64,000 bases of DNA from the NCBI GenBank assembly GCA_963801355.1, contig CAWDEM010000004.1, positions 192,001-256,000 of the forward strand, given 5' to 3'. The translations under genes were made by a program, and so were the position numbers. This stretch comes from Ignavibacteriota bacterium. Lineage in GTDB: Bacteria; Bacteroidota; Ignavibacteria; UBA10030; UBA6906. The notes under the pieces were generated by a model. The model ran no database searches. It saw only the letters and a list, made by a program, of their open reading frames with translations, and was not told the DNA's origin. Shown here one piece after another: positions 37,665-46,642 of this stretch (position 1 is its first letter; every line of letters begins with the position of its first letter).

Positions 37665-38246
37665 ATGGCAAAGAAACCAGTACGATCGACCGTCAAGAGC
37701 GGGACACGCAAGACCGCCCCCCAGAAACCCAAGACGGCGCCCGCAAAGAAAACAGGCGGACGGATGACCAAACCCGTCGTGCGGAAAAAGACAGCATCCA
37801 GATCCGCCGCGTCATTTGTCCCGGGCCCCCGGACGTATTCCGCGGAAGAACTGAAGAAGTTCAAAGAGATGATACTCGCCAAGCGCCAGGAGACACTCGA
37901 GGAGCTTGACAACCTCAAAGAAACCATCATGGATGTCACAACGGGCGAGTATGTCAGCGAGAGCTCGAATTACTCGTTGCATATGGAACAGGGCACCGAT
38001 GCCATGGAACGCGAGAAGACGTTCCTGTTCGCGTCCCGCGGGAGCAAGTTTGTCACACAGCTTGATGACGCTCTGATGCGCATCAAAGACAAGACCTATG
38101 GACAATGCAAGGTCTGCGGGCTGCTGGTTCCCAAGGAGCGCCTTGATGCGGTCCCGACCGCACAGACGTGCGCGGAATTCAAAAACACCGGCATCCCCTG
38201 CGAGCGGGGACGTCTGGCGCTGGCAAAGATGAAGCAGGGGAAATGA
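37665..38246 (+). CDS. TraR/DksA family protein with Lys-rich N-terminal tail
   Basis: EQGTDAMERE coiled-coil tip, ALMRI..KTYGQCKVCG..VPKERL.AVP.A..C. Confidence 0.88.
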   Translation: MAKKPVRSTVKSGTRKTAPQKPKTAPAKKTGGRMTKPVVRKKTASRSAASFVPGPRTYSAEELKKFKEMILAKRQETLEELDNLKETIMDVTTGEYVSESSNYSLHMEQGTDAMEREKTFLFASRGSKFVTQLDDALMRIKDKTYGQCKVCGLLVPKERLDAVPTAQTCAEFKNTGIPCERGRLALAKMKQGK

Positions 38247-38250
38247 CCTG

Positions 38251-38838
38251 ATGTGGGTACTCGTGGTGTCTCTCCTGATCATTCTCTGCGATCAGGTATC
38301 CAAACTTCTTGTCCGGGGGGTGCAGATTCCTGCCCTCGGTATTGCGTTGGAGGGGATGCCCTATGGCACGAGCATCCCGGTTCTCGGGGATTTCTTGCGC
38401 CTGACGTATATCGAGAATTCTGGAATGGCATTCGGCATCGATGTGGGAGGGAAGGTGTTCTTCTCCCTCTTCTCGCTTGTGGCCAGCTCTGCAATAATCA
38501 TCTACCTCTACCGCGTGCGGACCGCCCCGTTAGGTTTCCGGCTGGCTCTCTCCATGATCCTTGGCGGGGCCCTCGGCAACCTGGTGGATCGCATGTTCTA
38601 CGGCATCTTCTTTGGCTACGGTCCCTTGTTCGGCGGCAGAGTCATCGATTTTATTGATGTTGACTTCTTCACGATCGACCTCTTCGGCTACCACCTCTCC
38701 CGCTTCTGGGTGTTCAATGTGGCTGATGCCAGCGTCACAGTCGGCGTCATCCTGTTGCTGGTATTTCACCAGATCGGTGTTGCGGAAGATACCCCTGTGC
38801 CTCCGGCGACTCCCCCCACCCCTCCGGTGACTCACTAA
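38251..38838 (+). CDS. lspA: Lipoprotein signal peptidase II
   Basis: DQVSK, NSGMAFG, GGALGNLVDR, VIDFI, FNVADA. Confidence 0.96.
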   Translation: MWVLVVSLLIILCDQVSKLLVRGVQIPALGIALEGMPYGTSIPVLGDFLRLTYIENSGMAFGIDVGGKVFFSLFSLVASSAIIIYLYRVRTAPLGFRLALSMILGGALGNLVDRMFYGIFFGYGPLFGGRVIDFIDVDFFTIDLFGYHLSRFWVFNVADASVTVGVILLLVFHQIGVAEDTPVPPATPPTPPVTH

Positions 38839-38852
38839 CCCGCGACCGAGCC

Positions 38853-39821
38853 ATGCCACAGGAATTTGACATCGTTGTTCCTGCCGGCAAAAAAAAAGAG
38901 CGGCTGGACGTCTATCTGACAAACCATATAGAGAACGCAACCCGCACGAAAGTGCAGGCGGCGATCCATGCGGGACTTGTGCTGGTCAACGGAAAGACGG
39001 TACGCGCCAGTCACCCCGTGGCGCCGGGCGAAGTCATTCACGTCACTCTCCCCAAACCACCCCCGCCCGATGTTGTGGCGGAAGCGATTCCCCTGTCCAT
39101 TGTGTATGAGGATGAGCATCTCCTCGTCGTCAATAAACCCGCAGGCATGGTGACACATCCCGCCTACGGCAACCACACGGGGACACTGGTGAATGCATTG
39201 CTGCACCATTGCGGCACACTGCCGGCGGTCAGTGACGCTTCGCGCCCGGGAATCGTCCACCGGTTGGATAAGGACACTTCGGGATTGATGGTGGTGGCGA
39301 AAAACGATGCCGCCCATGTGCATCTCGCCCGCCAGTTCGCCCGGAGAACCATTATACGCGAATACTGGGCGGTCGTCTGGGGGACATTCCTGTCGACTTC
39401 GGGCGTGATCGAAGCCGCTCTGGGCCGGAGCAAAGCTGACCGCAAGATGATGGCTGTGGTCGCGGACGGAAAGCACGCTGTGACCGGCTACGAGGTGATC
39501 GACCAGTTCCCATACCTCGCGCTGGTGCGGCTGAAGCTGCAGACCGGGCGCACACACCAGATCCGGGTGCACCTCGCGCATATCGGCCATCCAGTATTTG
39601 GCGACCCGACCTACCACGGCCGCCGGATCAATGCGGGACCCCGAACAGCGGGGCAGAAAGCCCGGATACAGGAACTGCTGGCACTGGTGTCCAGGCAGGC
39701 GCTTCATGCGAAGACCATCGGATTCCTCCACCCCGCAACCGGACAACAGGTGTTCTTTGACTCTGTTCTCCCGGAAGACATGCAACTGTTACTCGAGCGG
39801 CTGCGGTCCACCGGAGAGTAG
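38853..39821 (+). CDS. rluD: RluA/RluD family 23S rRNA pseudouridine synthase
   Basis: S4 domain, VNKPAGMVTHP, HRLDKDTSG, TGRTHQIRVH, RQALHA. Confidence 0.92.
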   Translation: MPQEFDIVVPAGKKKERLDVYLTNHIENATRTKVQAAIHAGLVLVNGKTVRASHPVAPGEVIHVTLPKPPPPDVVAEAIPLSIVYEDEHLLVVNKPAGMVTHPAYGNHTGTLVNALLHHCGTLPAVSDASRPGIVHRLDKDTSGLMVVAKNDAAHVHLARQFARRTIIREYWAVVWGTFLSTSGVIEAALGRSKADRKMMAVVADGKHAVTGYEVIDQFPYLALVRLKLQTGRTHQIRVHLAHIGHPVFGDPTYHGRRINAGPRTAGQKARIQELLALVSRQALHAKTIGFLHPATGQQVFFDSVLPEDMQLLLERLRSTGE

Positions 39822-39828
39822 CCGTCGC

Positions 39829-39857
39829 TTGTCACTCAAACACGGAAATGGTATATT
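39829..39857 (+). promoter_or_regulatory. Sigma70 promoter
   Basis: TTGTCA-17 nt-TATATT with extended TGn; GGAGG SD downstream. Confidence 0.7.
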
Positions 39858-39890
39858 ATCCCAACCATCCACCAACCTTACGGAGGTCGA

Positions 39891-40799
39891 ATGAAACCTT
39901 CGCACAACCGCCTGTTGCGGATCATCACCCTGTGCGCGATGGTTTGTGCGCTTGTCATTAACGGGACAACTGCACAAACGGAGCTGGAGAAGGCGCTCTC
40001 ACAGTACAACGCCCAAACAGTCACCGGCTACATACAGCCGGTTGCGGATCTCTTCGGGGCCGACATGCACGCCGGCTACTACCACAACGCAGCAATTCCG
40101 CAGTCGGGATTTGGTCTCGGCTTCGACATTGTCGTCATGGGATCCATTGTGCAGGACGCACAGAAATTCTATAACGCTCAGGCACCTGCGGGTTTTGATC
40201 CTTCGACATTCAAAACCGCCACGATCTTCGGGGGAAAAGGATCACTCATTTCCTTCAAGGGACTGGAGTACAAGGGGTCGGATGGAATTTTCAATACCTC
40301 GCTCTTCCCCCTGGCGGTGCCGCAACTCCGGATCGGTTCGCTGTACGGCTCCGATCTCACACTCCGGTTTGTTGCCATCCCTGAAATAGGGGACGCAAAG
40401 GTTCCCGTCATCACACTCTGGGGTGTTGGTGTCCGCCACAGCATCAGCCAGTACTTCTCGCATTCGCCGGTGGATATTGCCGTGGGTGGGTACTTCAACA
40501 GCTTCACCGTGGGTGACCTGATGGACTTCAAGGGGTTTGCCGTCAACGCCCAGGCCAGCAAGACCATCAGCGTTCTCATACTGTACGGCGGCGTCGCCTA
40601 CGAAAGCAGCAAGATGGGCCTGACATACACATCAACAGACCCCACAGTTCCGCCCGCCGTCGACATCAAGATGGACGGTGCGAACAATGTCCGCTTCACC
40701 CTCGGTGCCGGTTTGTCGCTGGGCATCCTGAATATTTTCGCTGACGCGAACTTCGGATCTGTCACAAACTTTTCCGGCGGTATTGGATTCGGCCGGTAA
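39891..40799 (+). CDS. Exported probable outer-membrane beta-barrel protein (DUF6588-like)
   Basis: Signal peptide; GYIQP...FGADMHAGYY, TATIFG, PQLRIG, WGVGVRHSISQY; amphipathic strands. Confidence 0.7.
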   Translation: MKPSHNRLLRIITLCAMVCALVINGTTAQTELEKALSQYNAQTVTGYIQPVADLFGADMHAGYYHNAAIPQSGFGLGFDIVVMGSIVQDAQKFYNAQAPAGFDPSTFKTATIFGGKGSLISFKGLEYKGSDGIFNTSLFPLAVPQLRIGSLYGSDLTLRFVAIPEIGDAKVPVITLWGVGVRHSISQYFSHSPVDIAVGGYFNSFTVGDLMDFKGFAVNAQASKTISVLILYGGVAYESSKMGLTYTSTDPTVPPAVDIKMDGANNVRFTLGAGLSLGILNIFADANFGSVTNFSGGIGFGR

Positions 40800-40845
40800 C
40801 GGATGTGCTCCTGAAACCGCCTGTGCTATTCATCGGAGATCAAAT

Positions 40846-41397
40846 ATGAAGACGAAACTTCTACTGGTAGTTCTACTCGGCCTACTCGCAACGACCGGTT
40901 CCACCTGTATCAATGATGGATTTCTGGTTGCCGTGAATCTGCCGATCGAACAATGCTTCACCATCAATGCAGGTCCGAATCTGGTCTTTGGCAGTTCCAT
41001 AGTCGTCAAGCTGGCTGACGAGATCGATGCGTCGTACCTCGACAATATTAAAAGCGCCCGCTTTTATGACATACGGATCCGCACAACAGGAACCTACAAC
41101 GGGACCGTGTACGTGGAAGGCAAGATCGACGGTCTGCCTCTTGTGATGACAAAGACCCAGCCATGGCCCTGGTCGGATTTCGCCGCCCCGCAATCACTGC
41201 TCGGGAATTCAACGAAACTCACGTTCGATTCGCTCGGGGTGAAACAGATAGTGGCGAAACTGAATCAGTTCAAGACAGACCCCAATACCACCATCACACT
41301 CTCGGCAAATGGAACGTTGGCGGGTCAATCCCCGGTACCGAGCGGTCTTGCAGTCTGCCTGGAGATCCTTGCGCAGGTCGATGCGGAGGTTCAATAG
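40846..41397 (+). CDS. Hypothetical exported protein / probable lipoprotein
   Basis: GGAG SD; MKTKLLLVVLLGLLATTGSTC signal with Cys; beta-rich body. Confidence 0.7.
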   Translation: MKTKLLLVVLLGLLATTGSTCINDGFLVAVNLPIEQCFTINAGPNLVFGSSIVVKLADEIDASYLDNIKSARFYDIRIRTTGTYNGTVYVEGKIDGLPLVMTKTQPWPWSDFAAPQSLLGNSTKLTFDSLGVKQIVAKLNQFKTDPNTTITLSANGTLAGQSPVPSGLAVCLEILAQVDAEVQ

Positions 41398-41411
41398 GTA
41401 TCGGTAACTCC

Positions 41412-42662
41412 ATGGACGCCGGCGCGGCAGCAACGCTGCATGCGGAGAAAAGGCCAGCGGTGAATGTGCTGGGGATGAACCGTGAGGAACTCCGTGCATT
41501 TGCCACGGCTCTCGGCGAGCGTCCGTACCGGGGCGATCAGCTGTACCGATGGCTTTACGCCCGCGGGGCGATGTCGTTCGACGCCATGACCGACATCGCC
41601 CTCGCGACGAGGGAGAGGCTCTCGCGTGCTGCGGCGATCCATGGCGTGGTCCCTGTCACCAGGACGCTTTCTCCCACCGATGGTACTTCAAAGTTCCTGT
41701 TTGCCCTCTCCGACGGTCTCCACATCGAAAGCGTGTCTATTCCACCCTCCTCCAGGTTTGACCCGGATGAACGGAAGTCAGGGGATCAGCTGCCTCCGGA
41801 ACGGCTCACGCTGTGCGTCTCCACACAGGTTGGCTGTCCTCTTGCCTGTGCATTTTGTGCTACCGGGACGATGGGGTTTCTGCGGAATCTGACCGTGGCG
41901 GAAATCATTGATCAGGTGCTGCATATCCGGCGTGCCACAGGGTGGCGTGTCACGAACGTGGTGTTCATGGGAATGGGGGAACCGCTTCTGAATTACGAGC
42001 GGGTCATGCAAGCGGCGGAGATCATGACCGATGGCCTGGAGATTGCGGCCCGGCGGATCACGGTGTCCACCGCCGGATGGGTGGACGGCATACTCCGCAT
42101 GGCAGCGGACCGGCGACGGAACAAGCTTGCCATCTCACTTCACAGTGCCGTTGAAGAAACCCGTGCGCGCCTCATGCCCATCACACGCCGTTTCCCGCTG
42201 CCGCGGTTGCTTGACGCGGTGAAACGCTACTACGCAGCGACAGGGATACGCATAACCTATGAGTGCATCTTCTTTGAAGGGGTCAATGACAGTCCGGAGG
42301 AAGTGCGCAGGCTCATCAAGTTTGCCCGGGCGGTTCCGTGCAAGATCAATGTGATTCCGTATCATTCCATCGCATTCACACACCCTGAAGGACCGGCCGC
42401 GCTTCTTCGTCCTTCAAGCCTGTCCGACGCAATCGTCGCACAGCTCCGGGAGGCGGACCTCACCGTGCTGGTGCGCAGCAGTGCCGGCGAAGATATCGCG
42501 GCGGCATGCGGGCAACTGGCCGTCGCTGTACCACACCATCGGCACACCGGGTCACGCTTGCGTGCCAGAACACCAGTTTCACACAAGACGACAAACCATG
42601 AGACTTCTCCTATTCGGGCCTCCGGGCGTGGGAAAGGGAACACAGGCAAAGCTGTTCTCTGA
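41412..42662 (+). CDS. rlmN: Dual-specificity RNA methyltransferase RlmN
   Basis: CVSTQVGCPLACAFC radical-SAM motif, MGMGEP, AACGQL; start estimated; 3' end overlaps adk. Confidence 0.94.
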   Translation: MDAGAAATLHAEKRPAVNVLGMNREELRAFATALGERPYRGDQLYRWLYARGAMSFDAMTDIALATRERLSRAAAIHGVVPVTRTLSPTDGTSKFLFALSDGLHIESVSIPPSSRFDPDERKSGDQLPPERLTLCVSTQVGCPLACAFCATGTMGFLRNLTVAEIIDQVLHIRRATGWRVTNVVFMGMGEPLLNYERVMQAAEIMTDGLEIAARRITVSTAGWVDGILRMAADRRRNKLAISLHSAVEETRARLMPITRRFPLPRLLDAVKRYYAATGIRITYECIFFEGVNDSPEEVRRLIKFARAVPCKINVIPYHSIAFTHPEGPAALLRPSSLSDAIVAQLREADLTVLVRSSAGEDIAAACGQLAVAVPHHRHTGSRLRARTPVSHKTTNHETSPIRASGRGKGNTGKAVL

Positions 42663-43257
42663 AGAGTACAGAGTTCCACATTACTCAACCGGTGATATGC
42701 TCCGGGCCGCCGTTGCGGCACATACCCCCCTCGGTCAGAAAGCCGGCTCGTTCATCAATGCCGGACAGCTCGTTCCCGACGATGTGATGATCGGTATCAT
42801 CCGGGATACGCTGATGACCCCGGAAGGATCGCACGGTTTCATCCTGGACGGCTTTCCCCGCACGGTTCCCCAGGCCGAGGCTCTCACGAAGATGTTCCAT
42901 GATCTCGGGATTGCCGAATACCGCGTGGTCAACATCCATGTTGCCGACGAAGAACTTGTCCGCCGGCTGAGTAATCGTCTGCAATGTCCCGACGAGGGAA
43001 AGATTTTCAACCGGGAGCTGGACAGTGTAGCGGCGGGCAGTCCCTGTCCCTCGTGCGGCGCATCCCTCGTACAGCGGGCGGACGATTCGCCGGAGACGGT
43101 GCGGGCACGCCTTGCGGTCTACCACGCAAAGACCTCCCCCGTGCTGGGATACTATGAACGGCTCGGCAGGGCGGTGACCGTGGATGGCGGTGGTGCAATT
43201 GATGAAGTGCATCGGCTCATCGTGGACCGGCTCCGCATGCTGGGAATGCCGTCATGA
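42598..43257 (+). CDS. adk: Adenylate kinase
   Basis: GPPGVGKGTQ, STGDMLR, GFILDGFPR, QRADD. Confidence 0.96.
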   Translation: MRLLLFGPPGVGKGTQAKLFSEEYRVPHYSTGDMLRAAVAAHTPLGQKAGSFINAGQLVPDDVMIGIIRDTLMTPEGSHGFILDGFPRTVPQAEALTKMFHDLGIAEYRVVNIHVADEELVRRLSNRLQCPDEGKIFNRELDSVAAGSPCPSCGASLVQRADDSPETVRARLAVYHAKTSPVLGYYERLGRAVTVDGGGAIDEVHRLIVDRLRMLGMPS

Positions 43258-43988
43258 TGGTCCTGGCGCACCGGGGAAGCTCGGGAACGGCGCCGGAGAA
43301 CACCATGGCGGCCTTCCGGTCGGCCGCTGCAGCGGGAGCGGATCTGATCGAATTGGATGTCCGATTTTCCGCCGAGTGCACGTCTGTGGTGATTCATGAT
43401 CGTACCCTTCGCCGGACGACGAACGGCAGCGGGTTTGTTCATGCAACGCCGCTCTCCCGGCTGCGGCAGCTGGATGCAGGACGGTGGTTTTCGTCGGAAT
43501 TCGCCGGAGAGCGCATTCCCACATTGTCGGAGGTTCTTGAGACGTTGCCACCCGCCATCGGCATCAACTGCGAAGTAAAGACCGACGGTGATCTGCGGTC
43601 ACGGGAATCACGGGCCGGCGCACTTGCTGACACACTCCGCCGCCATGGAAAGCAGCGCCAGCTCATTGTCTCATCGTTTGACCATCGTTTCCTTGCCGTT
43701 TTTTCTCACCAGGCGCCGGCGGTTGCCCTGGGGATTCTTGTCCAACCCGTGCGGGATATTGCCCGACGGGCATCGGCTCTCGCCGGCCGGGTCGGTGCAG
43801 TGTGCATCTTCTGCAGCAGGCGGGTGGTCCGTCGCCGCATGATAGACGACGCCCATCGTCACAATCTGAGCGTCGGCGTGTATGTCGTTGATACTGCTGA
43901 CGTCCTGACCCGCATGCAACGCTTTGGCGTCGATATGGTGTTCACCAACCATCCCGAGATTATTCTGCCATGTCTCGAACGTACGTAA
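43254..43988 (+). CDS. Glycerophosphodiester phosphodiesterase family protein
   Basis: LAHRGSSG.APENT, IELDV, IHD..L.RTT, IPTL.E, VSSF, FTNHP. Confidence 0.92.
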   Translation: MMVLAHRGSSGTAPENTMAAFRSAAAAGADLIELDVRFSAECTSVVIHDRTLRRTTNGSGFVHATPLSRLRQLDAGRWFSSEFAGERIPTLSEVLETLPPAIGINCEVKTDGDLRSRESRAGALADTLRRHGKQRQLIVSSFDHRFLAVFSHQAPAVALGILVQPVRDIARRASALAGRVGAVCIFCSRRVVRRRMIDDAHRHNLSVGVYVVDTADVLTRMQRFGVDMVFTNHPEIILPCLERT

Positions 43989-46642
43989 GATTGTCTTGCC
44001 CGCGCCCGGGCGACCCGCGGGCGTTGATCCTTGCCGCATCGATGGCCATTCTGGTCGCCTTTACCGGATGCACCGGCGGCGACATCGACACCGTGCGGGA
44101 ACTGGACAGCACGCTGGCCCGCGTCGATCGGCTCCTGGATGATGGAAAAGTTCTTGAAGCGCGGTCAGAGTTGCTGGTGAACCTGGGCCGTTCGTCGGGA
44201 GCATGGAAGGGCATTCAGGCCGCCGGTGCCTACCGGTTGCTGGGAGATCTTTCCCGGCAGACGGCCCAACTTGACAGTGCGATGCTGTTCTATGCCCGGG
44301 CCGAAGAAGCATACCGTGGCCGTGTACAGCACGATGAAGCATTCCGGATGTCTCTCGCCGTTGTGGACATCCACCGTCTCATGCAACGGGAGGAAGACGC
44401 GCACCTGCAGGCGTTGGAAGCGCTGCGGCTTGCGACACTGTTCGGAGACAGTACGGCGGTCCAGGAAATCCGATGGTCATTACTCGATGTGTACCGTACA
44501 CTGGAACAACCCGAGGAGATAGCGCGTACCGCCGCCGCATTGCGTGCATTCTGCCGGCGGTCATCGGACTACGCGGGAGAGGCGCGGATCGATCTCATGG
44601 TCGCGAGAGGCGAGGCGCAACGGGGTGAGACGGACGCTGCGATTGGAAGCCTTCTCCAGAGCATCACGCTGGCCGGCAAGGCGCGGGATTCGGTTCTTGT
44701 TGTCCGGGGCCTCCTCTCGCTGGCGGCGGCGTTCGAGAAGGCGGGAAGGATGCGTGAGGCGCAGGAAAGTTATGCCACGATTCTTCAACAAGGGAGCGGA
44801 TCAGCGCGGGATCCGGAGCAGTATGTGCAGACACTTCTGCGCATCGGCAACTTCTCGCTGCGCAGCCGCCGGGTCGACACGGCAGCGGCATATTTTCAGA
44901 GAGCGTCCGCATATGCCCGGACAGTATTCAACGCCACGGGAGAGGCGTATGCGCTTCTCCAGGAAGCCCATTGCCTGGGATCGCGGAAGCGCACTGAGGC
45001 GGAGGTACTCTTCCGCAAGGGGTACGAGCTGCTGAGGGCGGGCGGGCATGCGCGCGGGACCACCTACGCGCTCATTTCTCTGGGGCGCGCGGCCGAGATG
45101 GAGAACCGAATCACGGACGCATTGCAGTTATACAGCGAAGCGTTGAAGGCGCAGGAGTCCGCGTATGCGAGCCGGACACCGGATGATCTCTGGCTCGACT
45201 GCGAGGAAACGGTTCTAGGGCGTGGAGGTGCCGATGCCTACCGTGCGATGGTGTCACTCCTGCTACAAACCGGAAAGACGGAGGAAGCGTTCTGGTATCA
45301 GGAACGCTGCAATGCCCGTGCGCTTGCCGATGATCTGGCCTCATGGGACGTAGAGACGGGGACGCCTGCGACAGATTCGACCCTGCGCATATTCACGCAC
45401 CTGCGCGCGCTCCACAAAGGCGCGGAAGGGATTCTGGAACAATTGACCACATCCCGATATGGAACACCTGCCCTTGTGACGAAAGTCCGCGCCGACCTGA
45501 GTCATCTCGAAGAAGACATGGGCGCACAGGCGGACCGCATACGACATGCAGATGCACGGATGACGGCCATCGTGGACCCCGGGGGTGTCAGTGTTGCGGA
45601 CATACAGAAGGCTCTGGATCCCGATGCACTACTGCTGATGTATCTTCCCACGGAACGCTCGCTGAATGTCTGTGCGGTCACGCCATCGCACAGCACACTC
45701 CACATGTCGTCAACAGCTCCGGAACGCATCGCCGAGCTCATGCAATGGTATCTCCAGGAGTGCATGCAGAGTGCGGGGAAAGCCGATTCCGCCCGGGAGA
45801 ACGGGCGGGGCCGGGACGGCTACATGCGGGAACTGACGCGCGCGCTGTATGAAGCACTGATCCTTCCGGTGGAATCCGAGTTCAGGCATGATACGCGCCT
45901 GGTCGTCATTCTTCCGTCGCGCCTGCCGGCGTTTTCTCTTGCGGGGTTGCGGCGCGGCGGGCGATCCGGTGCCCCCGCGCTGGTGGAACGCTTCGCTCTC
46001 AGCTATCTGCCCTCCGCGAGGTTCCTCCTGTCACCGGCGGCGGCGTCCGTCCCGGTCCGCACTGTCACCGCGCTCGGTGTGCGTGGCTCCACCGGATGGG
46101 ATGTTGAGTATGAACTGCGGGACATCCACGCATTTTACAGAGATGCCCGCCTGCTCTTCGGCAAGGAGGCGACGCTCGCCTCATTGCGCTCAACGCGCTC
46201 CGATCTTCTTCATCTGGCGGCGGAAGTCCGGTTCAGTCGGCAGCATCCATTGCGCGGGGCGTTCATTCTCGGCGATGGTGAAAACGCCGACGGGAGCGTA
46301 GCTGTCCCTCTTGCATCGGTGTTTTCGCTGCCTCCTGCACGTGCTGTTGTGCTGTTCAATCTCTCCAATCGCCTGCCGGCGACGGAACGTGCGGTGGCGG
46401 CTGCGTTTCTGGCAAATGGGTCGTCGTCGGTGATTGTCAATGCCGCGCCGCTCACGCGCAAGGCAAAGAAGAAGTTCGGTGAAAGTTTCTACACTGCACT
46501 GCAAACAGGCGTGATGGTGCCCGAATCTTTTCATGCTGCTCAGAATGCGATGGTCAGCACAGATGAGCTGTCATCGACGTTCTTCTGGGCACCGCTGATG
46601 CTGTGGGGAAAAGGGAACGGCGGAGGTGCAGGAGCACCCTAG
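43970..46642 (+). CDS. TPR + CHAT domain probable lipoprotein (catalytic dyad apparently lost)
   Basis: ILVAFTGC lipobox; TPR-like helices; LYEALILPV, LVERFALSYLPS, AFLANG..SVI, FYTAL, FWAPLMLWG CHAT motifs; true start may be ~44042. Confidence 0.8.
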   Translation: MSRTYVRLSCPRPGDPRALILAASMAILVAFTGCTGGDIDTVRELDSTLARVDRLLDDGKVLEARSELLVNLGRSSGAWKGIQAAGAYRLLGDLSRQTAQLDSAMLFYARAEEAYRGRVQHDEAFRMSLAVVDIHRLMQREEDAHLQALEALRLATLFGDSTAVQEIRWSLLDVYRTLEQPEEIARTAAALRAFCRRSSDYAGEARIDLMVARGEAQRGETDAAIGSLLQSITLAGKARDSVLVVRGLLSLAAAFEKAGRMREAQESYATILQQGSGSARDPEQYVQTLLRIGNFSLRSRRVDTAAAYFQRASAYARTVFNATGEAYALLQEAHCLGSRKRTEAEVLFRKGYELLRAGGHARGTTYALISLGRAAEMENRITDALQLYSEALKAQESAYASRTPDDLWLDCEETVLGRGGADAYRAMVSLLLQTGKTEEAFWYQERCNARALADDLASWDVETGTPATDSTLRIFTHLRALHKGAEGILEQLTTSRYGTPALVTKVRADLSHLEEDMGAQADRIRHADARMTAIVDPGGVSVADIQKALDPDALLLMYLPTERSLNVCAVTPSHSTLHMSSTAPERIAELMQWYLQECMQSAGKADSARENGRGRDGYMRELTRALYEALILPVESEFRHDTRLVVILPSRLPAFSLAGLRRGGRSGAPALVERFALSYLPSARFLLSPAAASVPVRTVTALGVRGSTGWDVEYELRDIHAFYRDARLLFGKEATLASLRSTRSDLLHLAAEVRFSRQHPLRGAFILGDGENADGSVAVPLASVFSLPPARAVVLFNLSNRLPATERAVAAAFLANGSSSVIVNAAPLTRKAKKKFGESFYTALQTGVMVPESFHAAQNAMVSTDELSSTFFWAPLMLWGKGNGGGAGAP

